Shown here: in pieces, positions 26,049-35,451 of the stretch
Layout of the letters: each line of letters opens with the position of its first letter
Numbering within the stretch: the first letter of the stretch is position 1
Source of the DNA: a virus
Strand: one strand, 5' to 3'
Virus record (IMG/VR): IMGVR_UViG_3300048922_000467
Coordinates: 22,454-86,453 of that record
Length of the DNA stretch: 64,000 nucleotides
Notes under the pieces: model-generated
What the model was told of the DNA's origin: nothing
The model's database searches: none
The model's input: only the letters and a program-made list of their open reading frames with translations
Made by a program: the position numbers and the translations under genes

Positions 26049-26849
26049 ATGTACCTTGTGAAAAGCTGCGAAAGACAACACAACATAAAAAATTGCAACA
26101 CCATTATGCTTGGAAGCCTTTACTACTATAGAGCCATAGAAAACCCAGAAATAGCTGATAAAGATGAAGGAAAAGCCACCTACGAGATTGAAATTACCGG
26201 CCCTGCAATTATAAAGAAGAAGTGGCTGAATGTAATTTTGCAGGGGATATTCTCGATAGATGAAGGCGCTGAAGAGACTCAGATTGCTCATGGGTTATTA
26301 AAACCCACCATCCACAAATATCAGTCCACCGGAGAAGGAAAAGACAACGTACGAATCGAAAAGCTTCACGCAACAATTGAAAGAGATTCTTTCAATGAAT
26401 TCATATATTGCATGTCCCTATTCGAAACACCGCCCCGAGACCCTAAAATATTTTCAGGATACGATGACTATTGGACAGTGGAATTAAAACACGCCGATGC
26501 TATTGGCGGCATCATAGCGAGATTGATTGGCAAAGCCATAGTGGAAGGGCGCGACTCAGGAAAACACGTAATTGACCCTTTGATTGATCTCGAAACCGTC
26601 GACTGCTTATTCAGGTGTGATAGCGTTATGTACACATCGAGAAAGCTCGAAATAAATGAAGCAAATAATATCGAAGCAGAAGAATTCTTAAGCAAAATCG
26701 AAGACATTGCCTTTATTAAACCAAAAAAATTTGAATCCGAAAATGAATTTCGCTTTAGCTTTATTATCTGCTCGGGCAACCGAATACTAGAGATTATGCC
26801 AGAACACTTAATACTTGACTCAACCGAGATCAGAAAACTAATCATCTGA
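26049..26849 (+). CDS. Hypothetical AT-rich moron protein
   Basis: 266 aa, opposite strand to late genes; motifs GSLYYYR and FIKPKKFESENEFRF. Confidence 0.8.
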   Translation: MYLVKSCERQHNIKNCNTIMLGSLYYYRAIENPEIADKDEGKATYEIEITGPAIIKKKWLNVILQGIFSIDEGAEETQIAHGLLKPTIHKYQSTGEGKDNVRIEKLHATIERDSFNEFIYCMSLFETPPRDPKIFSGYDDYWTVELKHADAIGGIIARLIGKAIVEGRDSGKHVIDPLIDLETVDCLFRCDSVMYTSRKLEINEANNIEAEEFLSKIEDIAFIKPKKFESENEFRFSFIICSGNRILEIMPEHLILDSTEIRKLII

Positions 26850-27041
26850 AACCTTAGCTTTTGACATTTAGGAACTTTTCGATACGTATTATGAGTATGA
26901 GCCATACCATAGGTATTTTCACTCATACAGCACAACAATATTACACAATCATGCATTTAAATTAGCACGAGCCAAATGACCTAATTTCTCACCACAACGA
27001 GCCTATGATTAATTCATTAATCGACTACAGGAAATTAATAG

Positions 27042-27887
27042 ATGCCTGACTATGACCAGCCAACTAGCAGGAACATTCCATTACCTGTCCAGCGAGAAGT
27101 ACGCCAAAGATGCGGATTTGGATGCGTAATTTGCGGACTGCCATTGTACGAATACGAACACATGGAAGAATGGGCAATTGTTAAAAGGCATGTAGCGGAT
27201 GAGATCACACTCCTATGCGACCAACACCATCGCGAAAAGACAGGTGGCTTGCTACCTAAAGAAGCAGTATTAGCTGCAAACTCTAAGCCTTACAATCTTC
27301 AGAAAAACACCCCAAAGCCTTACACTTTTCATTTTTTTGGAACCCACGCGGAAATAATACTCGGCGGCAACAAGTTCACTTGTGAAGACAAAGGCTATGG
27401 CACGACTGTCGCAGCGCTAGTAATAGACAACCTGCCTCTTGTTGGATTTGTCATCGCTGACGGCCACTTGCTTTTCAACCTGGTTGCTTTTGATGAGTTC
27501 AACCAAAAAATTCTACACATAAAAAACAATCATTTATTCTACGCTACTATGCCTTGGGATATTCAGTTAGTAGGACGGACCCTAACTATAAGAGAAGCCC
27601 ATCGAAAAATATTGATTGAAATTGAGTTCTGCCCTCCCAATAAGGTAATAGTGAATCGAGGAAGATTCTTATTCAACGGCGTGGAAACGCTAATAAGCCC
27701 TGACAGACTCATGATAACAAATAACTCTATCAGCTTGATTCGAATGGCTGCAGTAGATTGCCCGATAGGCCTTCGCGTAGGAACTGGAAATAGCGGACCA
27801 GCAGCCTTCGCATTTGACCAGATACCAAGGTATAATTTCGATCGCACTCAAGCAGAAGAATTTGAAAATAACCTCATGAATAATTAA
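27042..27887 (+). CDS. HNH endonuclease with C-terminal beta-rich domain (moron)
   Basis: REVRQRCGFGCVICG...YEH...LLCDQHH. Confidence 0.85.
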   Translation: MPDYDQPTSRNIPLPVQREVRQRCGFGCVICGLPLYEYEHMEEWAIVKRHVADEITLLCDQHHREKTGGLLPKEAVLAANSKPYNLQKNTPKPYTFHFFGTHAEIILGGNKFTCEDKGYGTTVAALVIDNLPLVGFVIADGHLLFNLVAFDEFNQKILHIKNNHLFYATMPWDIQLVGRTLTIREAHRKILIEIEFCPPNKVIVNRGRFLFNGVETLISPDRLMITNNSISLIRMAAVDCPIGLRVGTGNSGPAAFAFDQIPRYNFDRTQAEEFENNLMNN

Positions 27888-27937
27888 ACGGATAATTCAC
27901 ACGAACAATAAACCCTTTAAAAATCATTAACACCTGT

Positions 27938-28483
27938 TCATTTTATTATTTGACTTATAAAACTTTGACAAGCCTGTAGCGCCCTCAATCCATCGTCGCC
28001 ATCACCGGTGATGCCGACAATTCGTTGAGCATGCGCTGGGTCAAGTTCGGCTCGCGTGGCTCCATGAACCACGCCGCCGGCGCCGGCGGCGGCTCGCAGC
28101 CCACCGTCACCACCTGCGGGGGGACGGGCGCCGGCGTTGAGTAGGACTGACAGCCGCAGGTCAGCAGTAGCAAGCCTGTCACGCAGGCGATCGCGCTCAT
28201 TTTGAGCATGGGTGAGTTCCTTGTGGTGAAGTTGGTCTTGCGCCTGCAGGCGCTGCTCGAGCGCCCCGCGCTTGGCTTGTTGCTGCTGTACCTGCTCCAG
28301 GACCATCGAGACAGCGCTGGCCTGCCGCTGGGCAGACTGGCGCTGCATGTCGGCCACCTCGCGGCCCTTGCTGGCCAGCTGTCGCCCGTACTCATTGTCC
28401 TGCCAGAGCCAGGCGCCCCGACCACCGACGTACAGGCCCAGCAGCAGTACCAGGATCGCCAACCGCCAGTTCAGGCCCATCAC
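27938..28483 (-). CDS. Rz-like inner-membrane spanin
   Basis: N-terminal TM, coiled coil, RLSV and ALQACQ motifs; follows endolysin. Confidence 0.88.
   Translation of the reverse strand: MMGLNWRLAILVLLLGLYVGGRGAWLWQDNEYGRQLASKGREVADMQRQSAQRQASAVSMVLEQVQQQQAKRGALEQRLQAQDQLHHKELTHAQNERDRLRDRLATADLRLSVLLNAGARPPAGGDGGLRAAAGAGGVVHGATRAELDPAHAQRIVGITGDGDDGLRALQACQSFISQIIK
27985..28209 (-). CDS. Rz1-like outer-membrane lipoprotein spanin embedded in Rz
   Basis: MLKMSAIACVTGLLLLTCGC lipobox, Pro-rich, alternative frame. Confidence 0.75.
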   Translation of the reverse strand: MLKMSAIACVTGLLLLTCGCQSYSTPAPVPPQVVTVGCEPPPAPAAWFMEPREPNLTQRMLNELSASPVMATMD

Positions 28484-29025
28484 TGCAGTACCTGCAGCGC
28501 GGCCTTGTAGAACGCTTCACGTTCCTCCAAGCCGTTGGTACCGCCGTTGATTCGCTTGGTGATAGTCACGAAAGCCCCCTTGTCGGCCAGGCTGTTTAGC
28601 CCCTCCTTGTGCCAGAACCAGGCCGCCGAGTTCGCCGCGTGCTCTGGCTGCTCGAGAAGTTCGGGGTGGTTGAGCAGGTCCAGGCCCAGGGCCTCACCGC
28701 AGCGCGCGTGATTGTCGCGCCCAGTGATCTGGATCAGGCCGTGGCCGCGATACTTCTGCCCGTCGCCGTCAGCCTCGGGCGTGTTGCCCAGCCGCGCGGC
28801 CAGGGGGCCGGTGTCGTACTTGGCCAGGTACTTGTCACTGCCCAGCTCGCGCACGTAGCGGAACTGCCCGGACTCGTGCCCGACCTGGGCCAGGAAGGCC
28901 GCGCGGCGCAGTCTGGTGACGATGCCCCATTTGCCCATGGCCGCATTGAGCGCAGGAACAAAAACGCCGGCGTTGCGGCCGGCGTTGGGGAAAATCTGCT
29001 GTAGCTGTCGAACGGTGATGGTCAT
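28480..29025 (-). CDS. GH19 endolysin
   Basis: FLAQVGHESG, YRGHGLIQITG, RINGGTNG. Confidence 0.93.
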   Translation of the reverse strand: MTITVRQLQQIFPNAGRNAGVFVPALNAAMGKWGIVTRLRRAAFLAQVGHESGQFRYVRELGSDKYLAKYDTGPLAARLGNTPEADGDGQKYRGHGLIQITGRDNHARCGEALGLDLLNHPELLEQPEHAANSAAWFWHKEGLNSLADKGAFVTITKRINGGTNGLEEREAFYKAALQVLQ

Positions 29026-29058
29026 CTTGCTTCTCCAGATAGGGGGCATGGCCCCGCG

Positions 29059-30105
29059 TTACACCTGCACCACACGAAGCGGTTTGTCGGTTTTCTTGGT
29101 CTTCTTGCCTTTGGCTTTTGCCTTGCCCTTCTTGCCGCCGTTGCACTCCACGGTCGTGGTCCACCCGGACTGGGTGAACACTTGATCGACTCCGTCCACC
29201 AGGTACTCGCCGTCCAAGCCAGGCTTGAACCCTTGGGCGTTGATCGAGCGTTCGGCGAACAGATCAGTGCGCCCAGGCATCTCGAGGCGCACGCCGGCGG
29301 TGCTGCGGTTGAACGCTGCCAAACGCGCCTTGGCGGCCTGCTGGGCAGCGGTCTTGTTGGGGTAGACGTGCCGATCGGTATGCACAGGCGGCAGGCTGTC
29401 CGGGGCGTCGTCGTTGCCCAGCTCGACCACCTGCAGCTTTCCAGTCTTCTGGTCTTGGTGCTGGGTCTTCACCGCCTTCTGCGTGCTGCGATCGCCAAGC
29501 CGAAATTGGTACCGGTTCACGTCGGTCTTGTTGATCGTCACCACCGACATGGCCTTGCCGGTGGTGCTCTGCCCGCCTTGACGCGGCATGACCAGCAGCT
29601 TGCCTTCGGCCACCTTGGCGGTGCAGTCGTATTGCTTGGCCAGGCGGGTGATGAAGTTAAAATCGGACTCGTTGCGCTGGTCGACGCGCTCGACCTTGGT
29701 GGCCACCGAACACACCGGCTCCCAGCCGTTGCGCTTGGCGATGTCGCCGACGATCTGCGACAGGGGCACGTCCTCCCAGCTGCCACTGCGCACGGTCTTG
29801 CCGCTGCCGCGCATGTCGCTGGCCTTGCCGCGCACCACGATGGTGTCAGGCGGGCCGGTCAGCTCGACCTCGTCGACCGTGTAAGCGCCCAATCGGGTCA
29901 GGGCCTGGCCTTCGTAGCCCATCAGGACCGCGACCTGACTCCCGCGTGCGGGCAGCGCCACGGCCTGATCGCGGTCGTCAATGCGCAGCTCGAACTCGTC
30001 CGACTCCATGCCGGGCTTGTCCGAGGTGCGCAGCATCAGCAGCCGATCGTTGATCAGCGCCGTGATGTCGTTGCCGTCGGCGATGATCTGATAGGTAGGT
30101 TTCAT
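29059..30105 (-). CDS. P2 gpD-like baseplate hub
   Basis: QRNESDFNFITRLA; tail-module position. Confidence 0.9.
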   Translation of the reverse strand: MKPTYQIIADGNDITALINDRLLMLRTSDKPGMESDEFELRIDDRDQAVALPARGSQVAVLMGYEGQALTRLGAYTVDEVELTGPPDTIVVRGKASDMRGSGKTVRSGSWEDVPLSQIVGDIAKRNGWEPVCSVATKVERVDQRNESDFNFITRLAKQYDCTAKVAEGKLLVMPRQGGQSTTGKAMSVVTINKTDVNRYQFRLGDRSTQKAVKTQHQDQKTGKLQVVELGNDDAPDSLPPVHTDRHVYPNKTAAQQAAKARLAAFNRSTAGVRLEMPGRTDLFAERSINAQGFKPGLDGEYLVDGVDQVFTQSGWTTTVECNGGKKGKAKAKGKKTKKTDKPLRVVQV

Positions 30106-30165
30106 GTGAGACTCCAGAAACAGCAAACCCCGCACCGGGCGGGGTTCGTGACGCGTAACGCTGCT

Positions 30166-30372
30166 TTAGCCGAACAGCTGCAGCAGCTCGACGGCAGGTG
30201 CCGCCAGGTCAGGTAGGTGGATGAGCAGACCGGCGCGGTACGGCTGCGCCTGCCTGGCCAGGTCCGGGTTGGCCTCCAGCACCGCCTCGACGGTGCCATT
30301 GAGGTGCCCGTAATACTGCTGACAGAGCACGTCCAGCAGATCCCCGTTAGACGTTCTGCAGGTCGTTGCCAT
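30166..30372 (-). CDS. P2 gpX-like tail protein
   Basis: GDLLDVLCQQYYG...VLEANP. Confidence 0.9.
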   Translation of the reverse strand: MATTCRTSNGDLLDVLCQQYYGHLNGTVEAVLEANPDLARQAQPYRAGLLIHLPDLAAPAVELLQLFG

Positions 30373-31192
30373 AGCTCACAAACTCCAAGGTGAAGCCCTG
30401 CTTACGCGGGATGCCGCCGGCGAGCAGATTGCTCTGCTCTTCCTCGACGCTGACCAGGCACCAGTCGCCCAGCACCTCGCCATAGCCGGTGACCAGATTC
30501 AGCGGCCGTAGGCCTCGCCCGATCGTGCGCAGGGTGTTGAGTTGTTTCAGCCCGCCCTTGTGATGCGGGAAGATCGCGCCCTTGAGGGTGATCTTCTCTT
30601 CGCCCAGGCCGACCGCCTGCTGGGCCACGCTCCGGCGCAGCCGCTCCTGACCCGCCCAGCGGAAGGACGCCTGCCGGCGCAGTTCGTCGAACGCGGCCGT
30701 GTCGAGGTTGAAGTAGTACGGTTGCACGTTGGGGTCGTGCGTCTGGATGATCAGCAGATGCGGATACGGCGCCACGGCCTGGGGCTTCGGGGTTGCCGAG
30801 GCTGCCAGGCTGCTGGACGGCACGACGCTGGCCAGCGCAGGGCTGGTCTTGCCGGCGAACTGGATCACCTTCGCCGAGACCTTGCTGGCCATCTGCTTGA
30901 AGGCTCCCAGCCGCTCCTGCACCTGGGAGACCCCGGACACGACACGGTTGTACGTCGACGCTACCTGGCCGACCCGTGCCTGGGCCATGTTAATGGTACG
31001 CATCATCCGGCCCAGCTTTTCACTGGCACCTGACGGCAGAAACGGGATGTTCTGCAGGTCCGTGGCCGCGCCGGTGATGTTGACCACGGCAGTATTGAGC
31101 GGGGCCAGCATGCCGTCTGCACTCTTGCGACCGGCCTCCCCCGCCGCCACCAGGCCCGACAGTGACGCCTCCAATTGCTGCATGTACGCCAT
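30347..31192 (-). CDS. P2 gpU-like tail protein
   Basis: C-terminal WAGQERL...ITLKG...FTLEF. Confidence 0.85.
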   Translation of the reverse strand: MAYMQQLEASLSGLVAAGEAGRKSADGMLAPLNTAVVNITGAATDLQNIPFLPSGASEKLGRMMRTINMAQARVGQVASTYNRVVSGVSQVQERLGAFKQMASKVSAKVIQFAGKTSPALASVVPSSSLAASATPKPQAVAPYPHLLIIQTHDPNVQPYYFNLDTAAFDELRRQASFRWAGQERLRRSVAQQAVGLGEEKITLKGAIFPHHKGGLKQLNTLRTIGRGLRPLNLVTGYGEVLGDWCLVSVEEEQSNLLAGGIPRKQGFTLEFVSYGNDLQNV

Positions 31193-31201
31193 AGCGGTTC
31201 C

Positions 31202-34200
31202 TTAGACATGGGGTTGATCGAACAGCTGGGCCGAGGCCATACGCGAGGCCGCCTCGCGGCTCCAGGACTCGAACAATTGCCTCAGTGGGCCTTCCATCTC
31301 ACGCAGCAGCTGCGCCGGGTCTTTCACGTCGCCCTGCACGTCGAGCTTGATGCTCGGCGAGAAAGAGAACGCTTGGTCGACCTTCGGCGCCGGCGGCGTC
31401 GCTGCCTTAGCCGGAGCGGCGTCGGGCAGTTTCGCCGGCGGCGCTGCGCTCTTGCTCATGCCGCGCACCAGGTCGCCCAGTCCGGCAGGCGGTTGAGGTC
31501 TGACGGGATCTGCGCCGGGGAACCGCACCGCACTGGCTGCAGGTGCCGGCACCACGAAGGGGGCTTCGGCCGGTGTCGCCGGCGCAGGCTTGGCCCTGAC
31601 CGCTGCGCCCAGCTTTGGCGCCGGACCATGCTGCACGCGTGTCGCCGCTTCGGCCTTGGCTCGCCCCGCCTGCTCGGCTTCGTACTTCTCCCGGTAGCCC
31701 GGGGGCACCAGGTCAGCCCCCGGGAAGCGCACCCGCCCGGCCGTCAGTGCCGGCACCACGAAGGGATCTTCGCCGCCTGGGCCGTACTGCACGCCCGACG
31801 CCGCCCCGGCCTTGGCTTGCGCCGCCTGGGCTTGCTCCGCTTCGTACTTCTCCCGGTAACCCGGAGGCACCAGGTCAGCACTAGGGAAGCGCACCCGCCC
31901 GGCCGCGAGTGCCGGCACCAGAAGCGCGTCCTCAGAATCAGGGTCGCGCGGGTCATACGACACAGCCCGTGTCGGCGGCGCAGGCTGCGGCTTGATCTCC
32001 CGATCGGCGGGCGGCGTGACGGGTAATGTTGCTGCAGGTGCGGTGGATGGCTTCGCCTTGGCGCCCTCTGCCTTGGCCTCTTCCGCGTCCTCGCCGAATA
32101 GGCGCTTGCCCAGCCAGCCGCCTGCCGACTCGCCACCAAGCCCACCGAGGAACGCGCCGACCAAACCGCCGACCGCTGTACCGATCACCGGAACCACGGA
32201 CCCGATCGCCGCGCCTGCAGCAGCACCGGCAAGCGTGCCCGCCATGCCACCAGCAGCACCGCCGTAGCCTTCGGCCTTCTCGTCCTGGGTCTTGGCATTC
32301 ATCGCCACGTCCAGGACCGTAGCGCCGCCATCGATCAGCTTGGCGCCTGGCACGAACTTGCCCAGGCGTGTGACGCCGCGTAGCGCACGGGCGGCCTTGC
32401 CCAGCTTCGACGCGCCGGTGAGGGCTGACGGCGCTGCAGGTGGCACGGCTGGAATCTGCGGCTTGGGCACAGGCACCTTGGTCGACAGCTTGGCCTTGGC
32501 AGCAGGCCCACCAGCACCGCCCTGTCGCGCGGCGCGGCGGCGCTCCCGGCGCCGTGTCCGCCGACTGCCCTTTGAACCGCCTGCAGGGCCGTTATTAGCG
32601 ACCCGACTGCCAATCCCACCGATGGCATCGGCATTGACCACGAACACGCGCTGCGGGTCGTTGGCGGCCTCTGCGGCCTCAGTCGAGGCGCCCGGTGCGA
32701 ATACCTTGCCCAGCAGGCCCAGCCCGGTGTCCAGCACCTTGCTGCCGGTCTTGGGCAGGTTGATAGGCGGCCGCGCGGCCCGGTTGCCCCGATCGGCCAT
32801 GCCTTCCAGGCTGCGGCCGAGCGCGATGTTGAGTACCCCGCGCCCGATCTTCAACGCACTGCGCGCCGTCACGAAGGCCATCACGGCCGCCGTGACGCCG
32901 GCAATGCCCATGACCAGCGGCTGGAAGTCGTCGGCCAAGGCGGTGACCTTGCGCGCGACCAGGGTCAGTCCCTTGGCCGCCAGGTCAGTGGCCGGGCGGA
33001 TGGCATCGCCAATGCTGCGCATCGAGTCGTCGGCCGCCTGGCGCAGTTCGTCCCACTGCTGTTTCGAGGTCTCGCGGCGCTCGGTCAGGTTCTTGTCGAG
33101 GATGCCCGAGGCCTTGCGCGAGTCGGCCTTGAGTTCTTCGTAAAGTCCGCGATTCTGCCCGTAGGCCGTGAGCGCGGCCTTGACTTGCATGTCGGCGAAG
33201 ATGTCGCCGGTACGCAAGGTGCGCTCCAGCGCCTCGAGCGCGGCCTTGGCCTTCTCCGGGTCGGCCTCCTTGTCGATGTTGGCCTTGGCCTCTTCGATCT
33301 TCTTGGCCTTGGCAGGATCGGTCGCCTGGACGTACTTCATGGCCAGGGCCATGGACGACTCGATGACGTTCATGCCCTTCTGCAGGCCAGTGTTCAGCGA
33401 ACCCTGATAGTCGATGCCGGCGTCCTTGTACGCCTTGACTACGTCGCCGGCGCCGATCTTCTCCATCCAGTTCTTGAAGTTGTTCGCCGCCTCGTCCGAA
33501 CTGCCGGCGGTCTTCATCTGCACCTGCAGCATCGAGCCGAGCGAGGTCACCGCGTCCAGTCCGGTGATGCCGTTCTTCTCCATGCCGGCGAGCAGCTGCG
33601 GGAACCACTTGGCCATATCGTTGGCCTCGAAGCTACCCGCCTGGCCTTGGTAGGCGATCGCCTCCAGGGCCTGCTGCATGACCTTGGGATCGCTGATCTT
33701 GGCGTTCTGCTCGAGCGCCTGAATCATCGACGCCGTGTCGACGCCCGAGGCGCCCTGGCCCACGGCGAACTTGGCTGCCACCGGGGCATAGGACATGGCC
33801 TTGTCCAGGTCCATGCCAGCGCCGACCAGCTGGTTGACCAGGTCGGCCACGTCGTTGCGCGACATGCCGGTGTCCTTGGCCGTGTCGATCACGGTACGGC
33901 TTAGCTGCTGTTCCTCGGGCTTGTTGGCGATGTCGGCCTTGATGGCGATGTCGCGGATGATGGCCTGATAATTTGCGCTGATCGTCGTCGGTACCGCAGC
34001 CAGTCCTGTGGCGACCACGGCCTGGCCGATGTTGGACTTGAGCGCACTCTTACCCGCCTGCAGCTGCTGGTGACCCTTGAGCTGCAGGTCGGCCGCCCTC
34101 GCCTCGCGGCCCAGTCGCTGGTACTCGCGGCCCAGTCGTCCGACTTCGATCCCCTGCTTGCGCAGCGCATCCAGATTGCCGTCCAGTTTCTTCTGCAGCT

Positions 34201-34408
34201 TGTCGGCATTGGCCGACCCGCTGTCGTGCGCGCGCTTCCACTCCTCGCGCAGCTTGATGGTCTCGCCGATAGTGCTCTTGAGCACCTTGGCCTTGTTGCC
34301 CTTGGCCTCGAGCTTCTGGATGCCGTTTTCGACGGTCCTGAACGCGGCGCCGACCGACGAGGCGACCGCGCCGCCGATCACCAGCGATAACGCTACCCTG
34401 CCCGCCAT
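31202..34408 (-). CDS. Tail tape measure protein
   Basis: Long Ala/Gly-rich ORF after the tail assembly chaperones. Confidence 0.9.
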   Translation of the reverse strand: MAGRVALSLVIGGAVASSVGAAFRTVENGIQKLEAKGNKAKVLKSTIGETIKLREEWKRAHDSGSANADKLQKKLDGNLDALRKQGIEVGRLGREYQRLGREARAADLQLKGHQQLQAGKSALKSNIGQAVVATGLAAVPTTISANYQAIIRDIAIKADIANKPEEQQLSRTVIDTAKDTGMSRNDVADLVNQLVGAGMDLDKAMSYAPVAAKFAVGQGASGVDTASMIQALEQNAKISDPKVMQQALEAIAYQGQAGSFEANDMAKWFPQLLAGMEKNGITGLDAVTSLGSMLQVQMKTAGSSDEAANNFKNWMEKIGAGDVVKAYKDAGIDYQGSLNTGLQKGMNVIESSMALAMKYVQATDPAKAKKIEEAKANIDKEADPEKAKAALEALERTLRTGDIFADMQVKAALTAYGQNRGLYEELKADSRKASGILDKNLTERRETSKQQWDELRQAADDSMRSIGDAIRPATDLAAKGLTLVARKVTALADDFQPLVMGIAGVTAAVMAFVTARSALKIGRGVLNIALGRSLEGMADRGNRAARPPINLPKTGSKVLDTGLGLLGKVFAPGASTEAAEAANDPQRVFVVNADAIGGIGSRVANNGPAGGSKGSRRTRRRERRRAARQGGAGGPAAKAKLSTKVPVPKPQIPAVPPAAPSALTGASKLGKAARALRGVTRLGKFVPGAKLIDGGATVLDVAMNAKTQDEKAEGYGGAAGGMAGTLAGAAAGAAIGSVVPVIGTAVGGLVGAFLGGLGGESAGGWLGKRLFGEDAEEAKAEGAKAKPSTAPAATLPVTPPADREIKPQPAPPTRAVSYDPRDPDSEDALLVPALAAGRVRFPSADLVPPGYREKYEAEQAQAAQAKAGAASGVQYGPGGEDPFVVPALTAGRVRFPGADLVPPGYREKYEAEQAGRAKAEAATRVQHGPAPKLGAAVRAKPAPATPAEAPFVVPAPAASAVRFPGADPVRPQPPAGLGDLVRGMSKSAAPPAKLPDAAPAKAATPPAPKVDQAFSFSPSIKLDVQGDVKDPAQLLREMEGPLRQLFESWSREAASRMASAQLFDQPHV

Positions 34409-34427
34409 GGATACCTCCCCTGCCCGC

Positions 34428-34529
34428 TCAGTCCGTGAGCCACCAAACCATGTCGGCATACGACATGGTCATGATTTCTTGCGCGGAAAAATGCAGCTCG
34501 GACGCCAGGCGCCTGGCCGCATGCTTCAA
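34428..34529 (-). CDS. GpE'-like frameshift extension of tail assembly chaperone
   Basis: LKHAARRLASELHFSAQEIMTMSYADMVWWLTD*; frame offset from 34540..34836 equals +1/-2. Confidence 0.6.
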   Translation of the reverse strand: MKHAARRLASELHFSAQEIMTMSYADMVWWLTD

Positions 34530-34539
34530 CGTCTGCGGG

Positions 34540-34836
34540 TTACAGTTCGTCTTCTCGCACCAGAAAGTTGTACCCGGTGGCCAGGCGGTTGTAGTCCTTG
34601 TAGGTCAGCCCCTCCAGATCCTTCACCCCCACTTCGGACAGGGAGGCGAACAGGTTCAGCTCGCGCTGCTCATCGTCGTCACCGCCGGTCTGCGTGGAAA
34701 CGCGCACGTCACGCACGGTAGGCGAGCGCATGGTGATGGTCTGCACGTTCACGCCGTTGACCTCGCTCGGCTTGGTCAGGGTGATGGTGACGCTCTCGGC
34801 GCTCAGGTTCAGGTACTTCGGTACTGGCTTGCTCAT
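34540..34836 (-). CDS. Tail assembly chaperone (gpE-like)
   Basis: MRSPTVRD...DYNRL; position after tube. Confidence 0.85.
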   Translation of the reverse strand: MSKPVPKYLNLSAESVTITLTKPSEVNGVNVQTITMRSPTVRDVRVSTQTGGDDDEQRELNLFASLSEVGVKDLEGLTYKDYNRLATGYNFLVREDEL

Positions 34837-34929
34837 GGTGTGGTGTCCTTGGGAAATAGTCGAGAGGCGGCCCACGTGTCATGGGTCGCCAGGTAGTCGG
34901 GGGGATAGGGAAGCCGAGGGGTAGCGGGC

Positions 34930-35439
34930 TTACAGGCCGAGGTCGGAGCGCTGGCTGGCCAGCTGGTCAGTGCCGTTGATCACGCGCTTCATGCCGATCG
35001 GATCGATCTCGTAGATCAGCTCGCCGCCGACCTCGAGCTTGTAGTAGGTGACGGCGATGCCATGCTTGACCTCGGCCTTGTCGCCGGCCTTCCAGTCGCC
35101 CATGTCCAGCTCCTTGAGCAGGCCGCGCAGGGTGACGACGACTGCCTTGGTCGCGCCGCGCTGGCCCTTGAACGAGCCACGGAACGTGCCGTTGAAGGCG
35201 TTACCGTCGGCCAGACCGAAGAACTTCAGCGACTCCTTGCGCACGCCGGTGGTGGTGAAGTTGGATTCCATCTTCTCCATGCCCATGTCCAGCTCGATGC
35301 CGATGTCCATGCCACCGGCACGGTGCTCCTCGGTCTTGAGCGTGAGCTTGGGCAGGGTCAGGCTGGGCACGTCGCCCTGAAAGCTGACGCCGTCGACGAA
35401 CAGGTTGGTGTTCGCCAGGGTTTCGGGAATCAATGCCAT
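34930..35439 (-). CDS. Major tail tube protein (P2 FII-like)
   Basis: LPKLT...HRAGGMD...YYKL. Confidence 0.92.
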   Translation of the reverse strand: MALIPETLANTNLFVDGVSFQGDVPSLTLPKLTLKTEEHRAGGMDIGIELDMGMEKMESNFTTTGVRKESLKFFGLADGNAFNGTFRGSFKGQRGATKAVVVTLRGLLKELDMGDWKAGDKAEVKHGIAVTYYKLEVGGELIYEIDPIGMKRVINGTDQLASQRSDLGL

Positions 35440-35451
35440 GCGGGGCACTCC

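Noticed and set aside
34930-34945. Tail tube C-terminus SDLGL matching the cargo tag
   Set aside because: P2-type tube proteins commonly end in LGL; unrelated context
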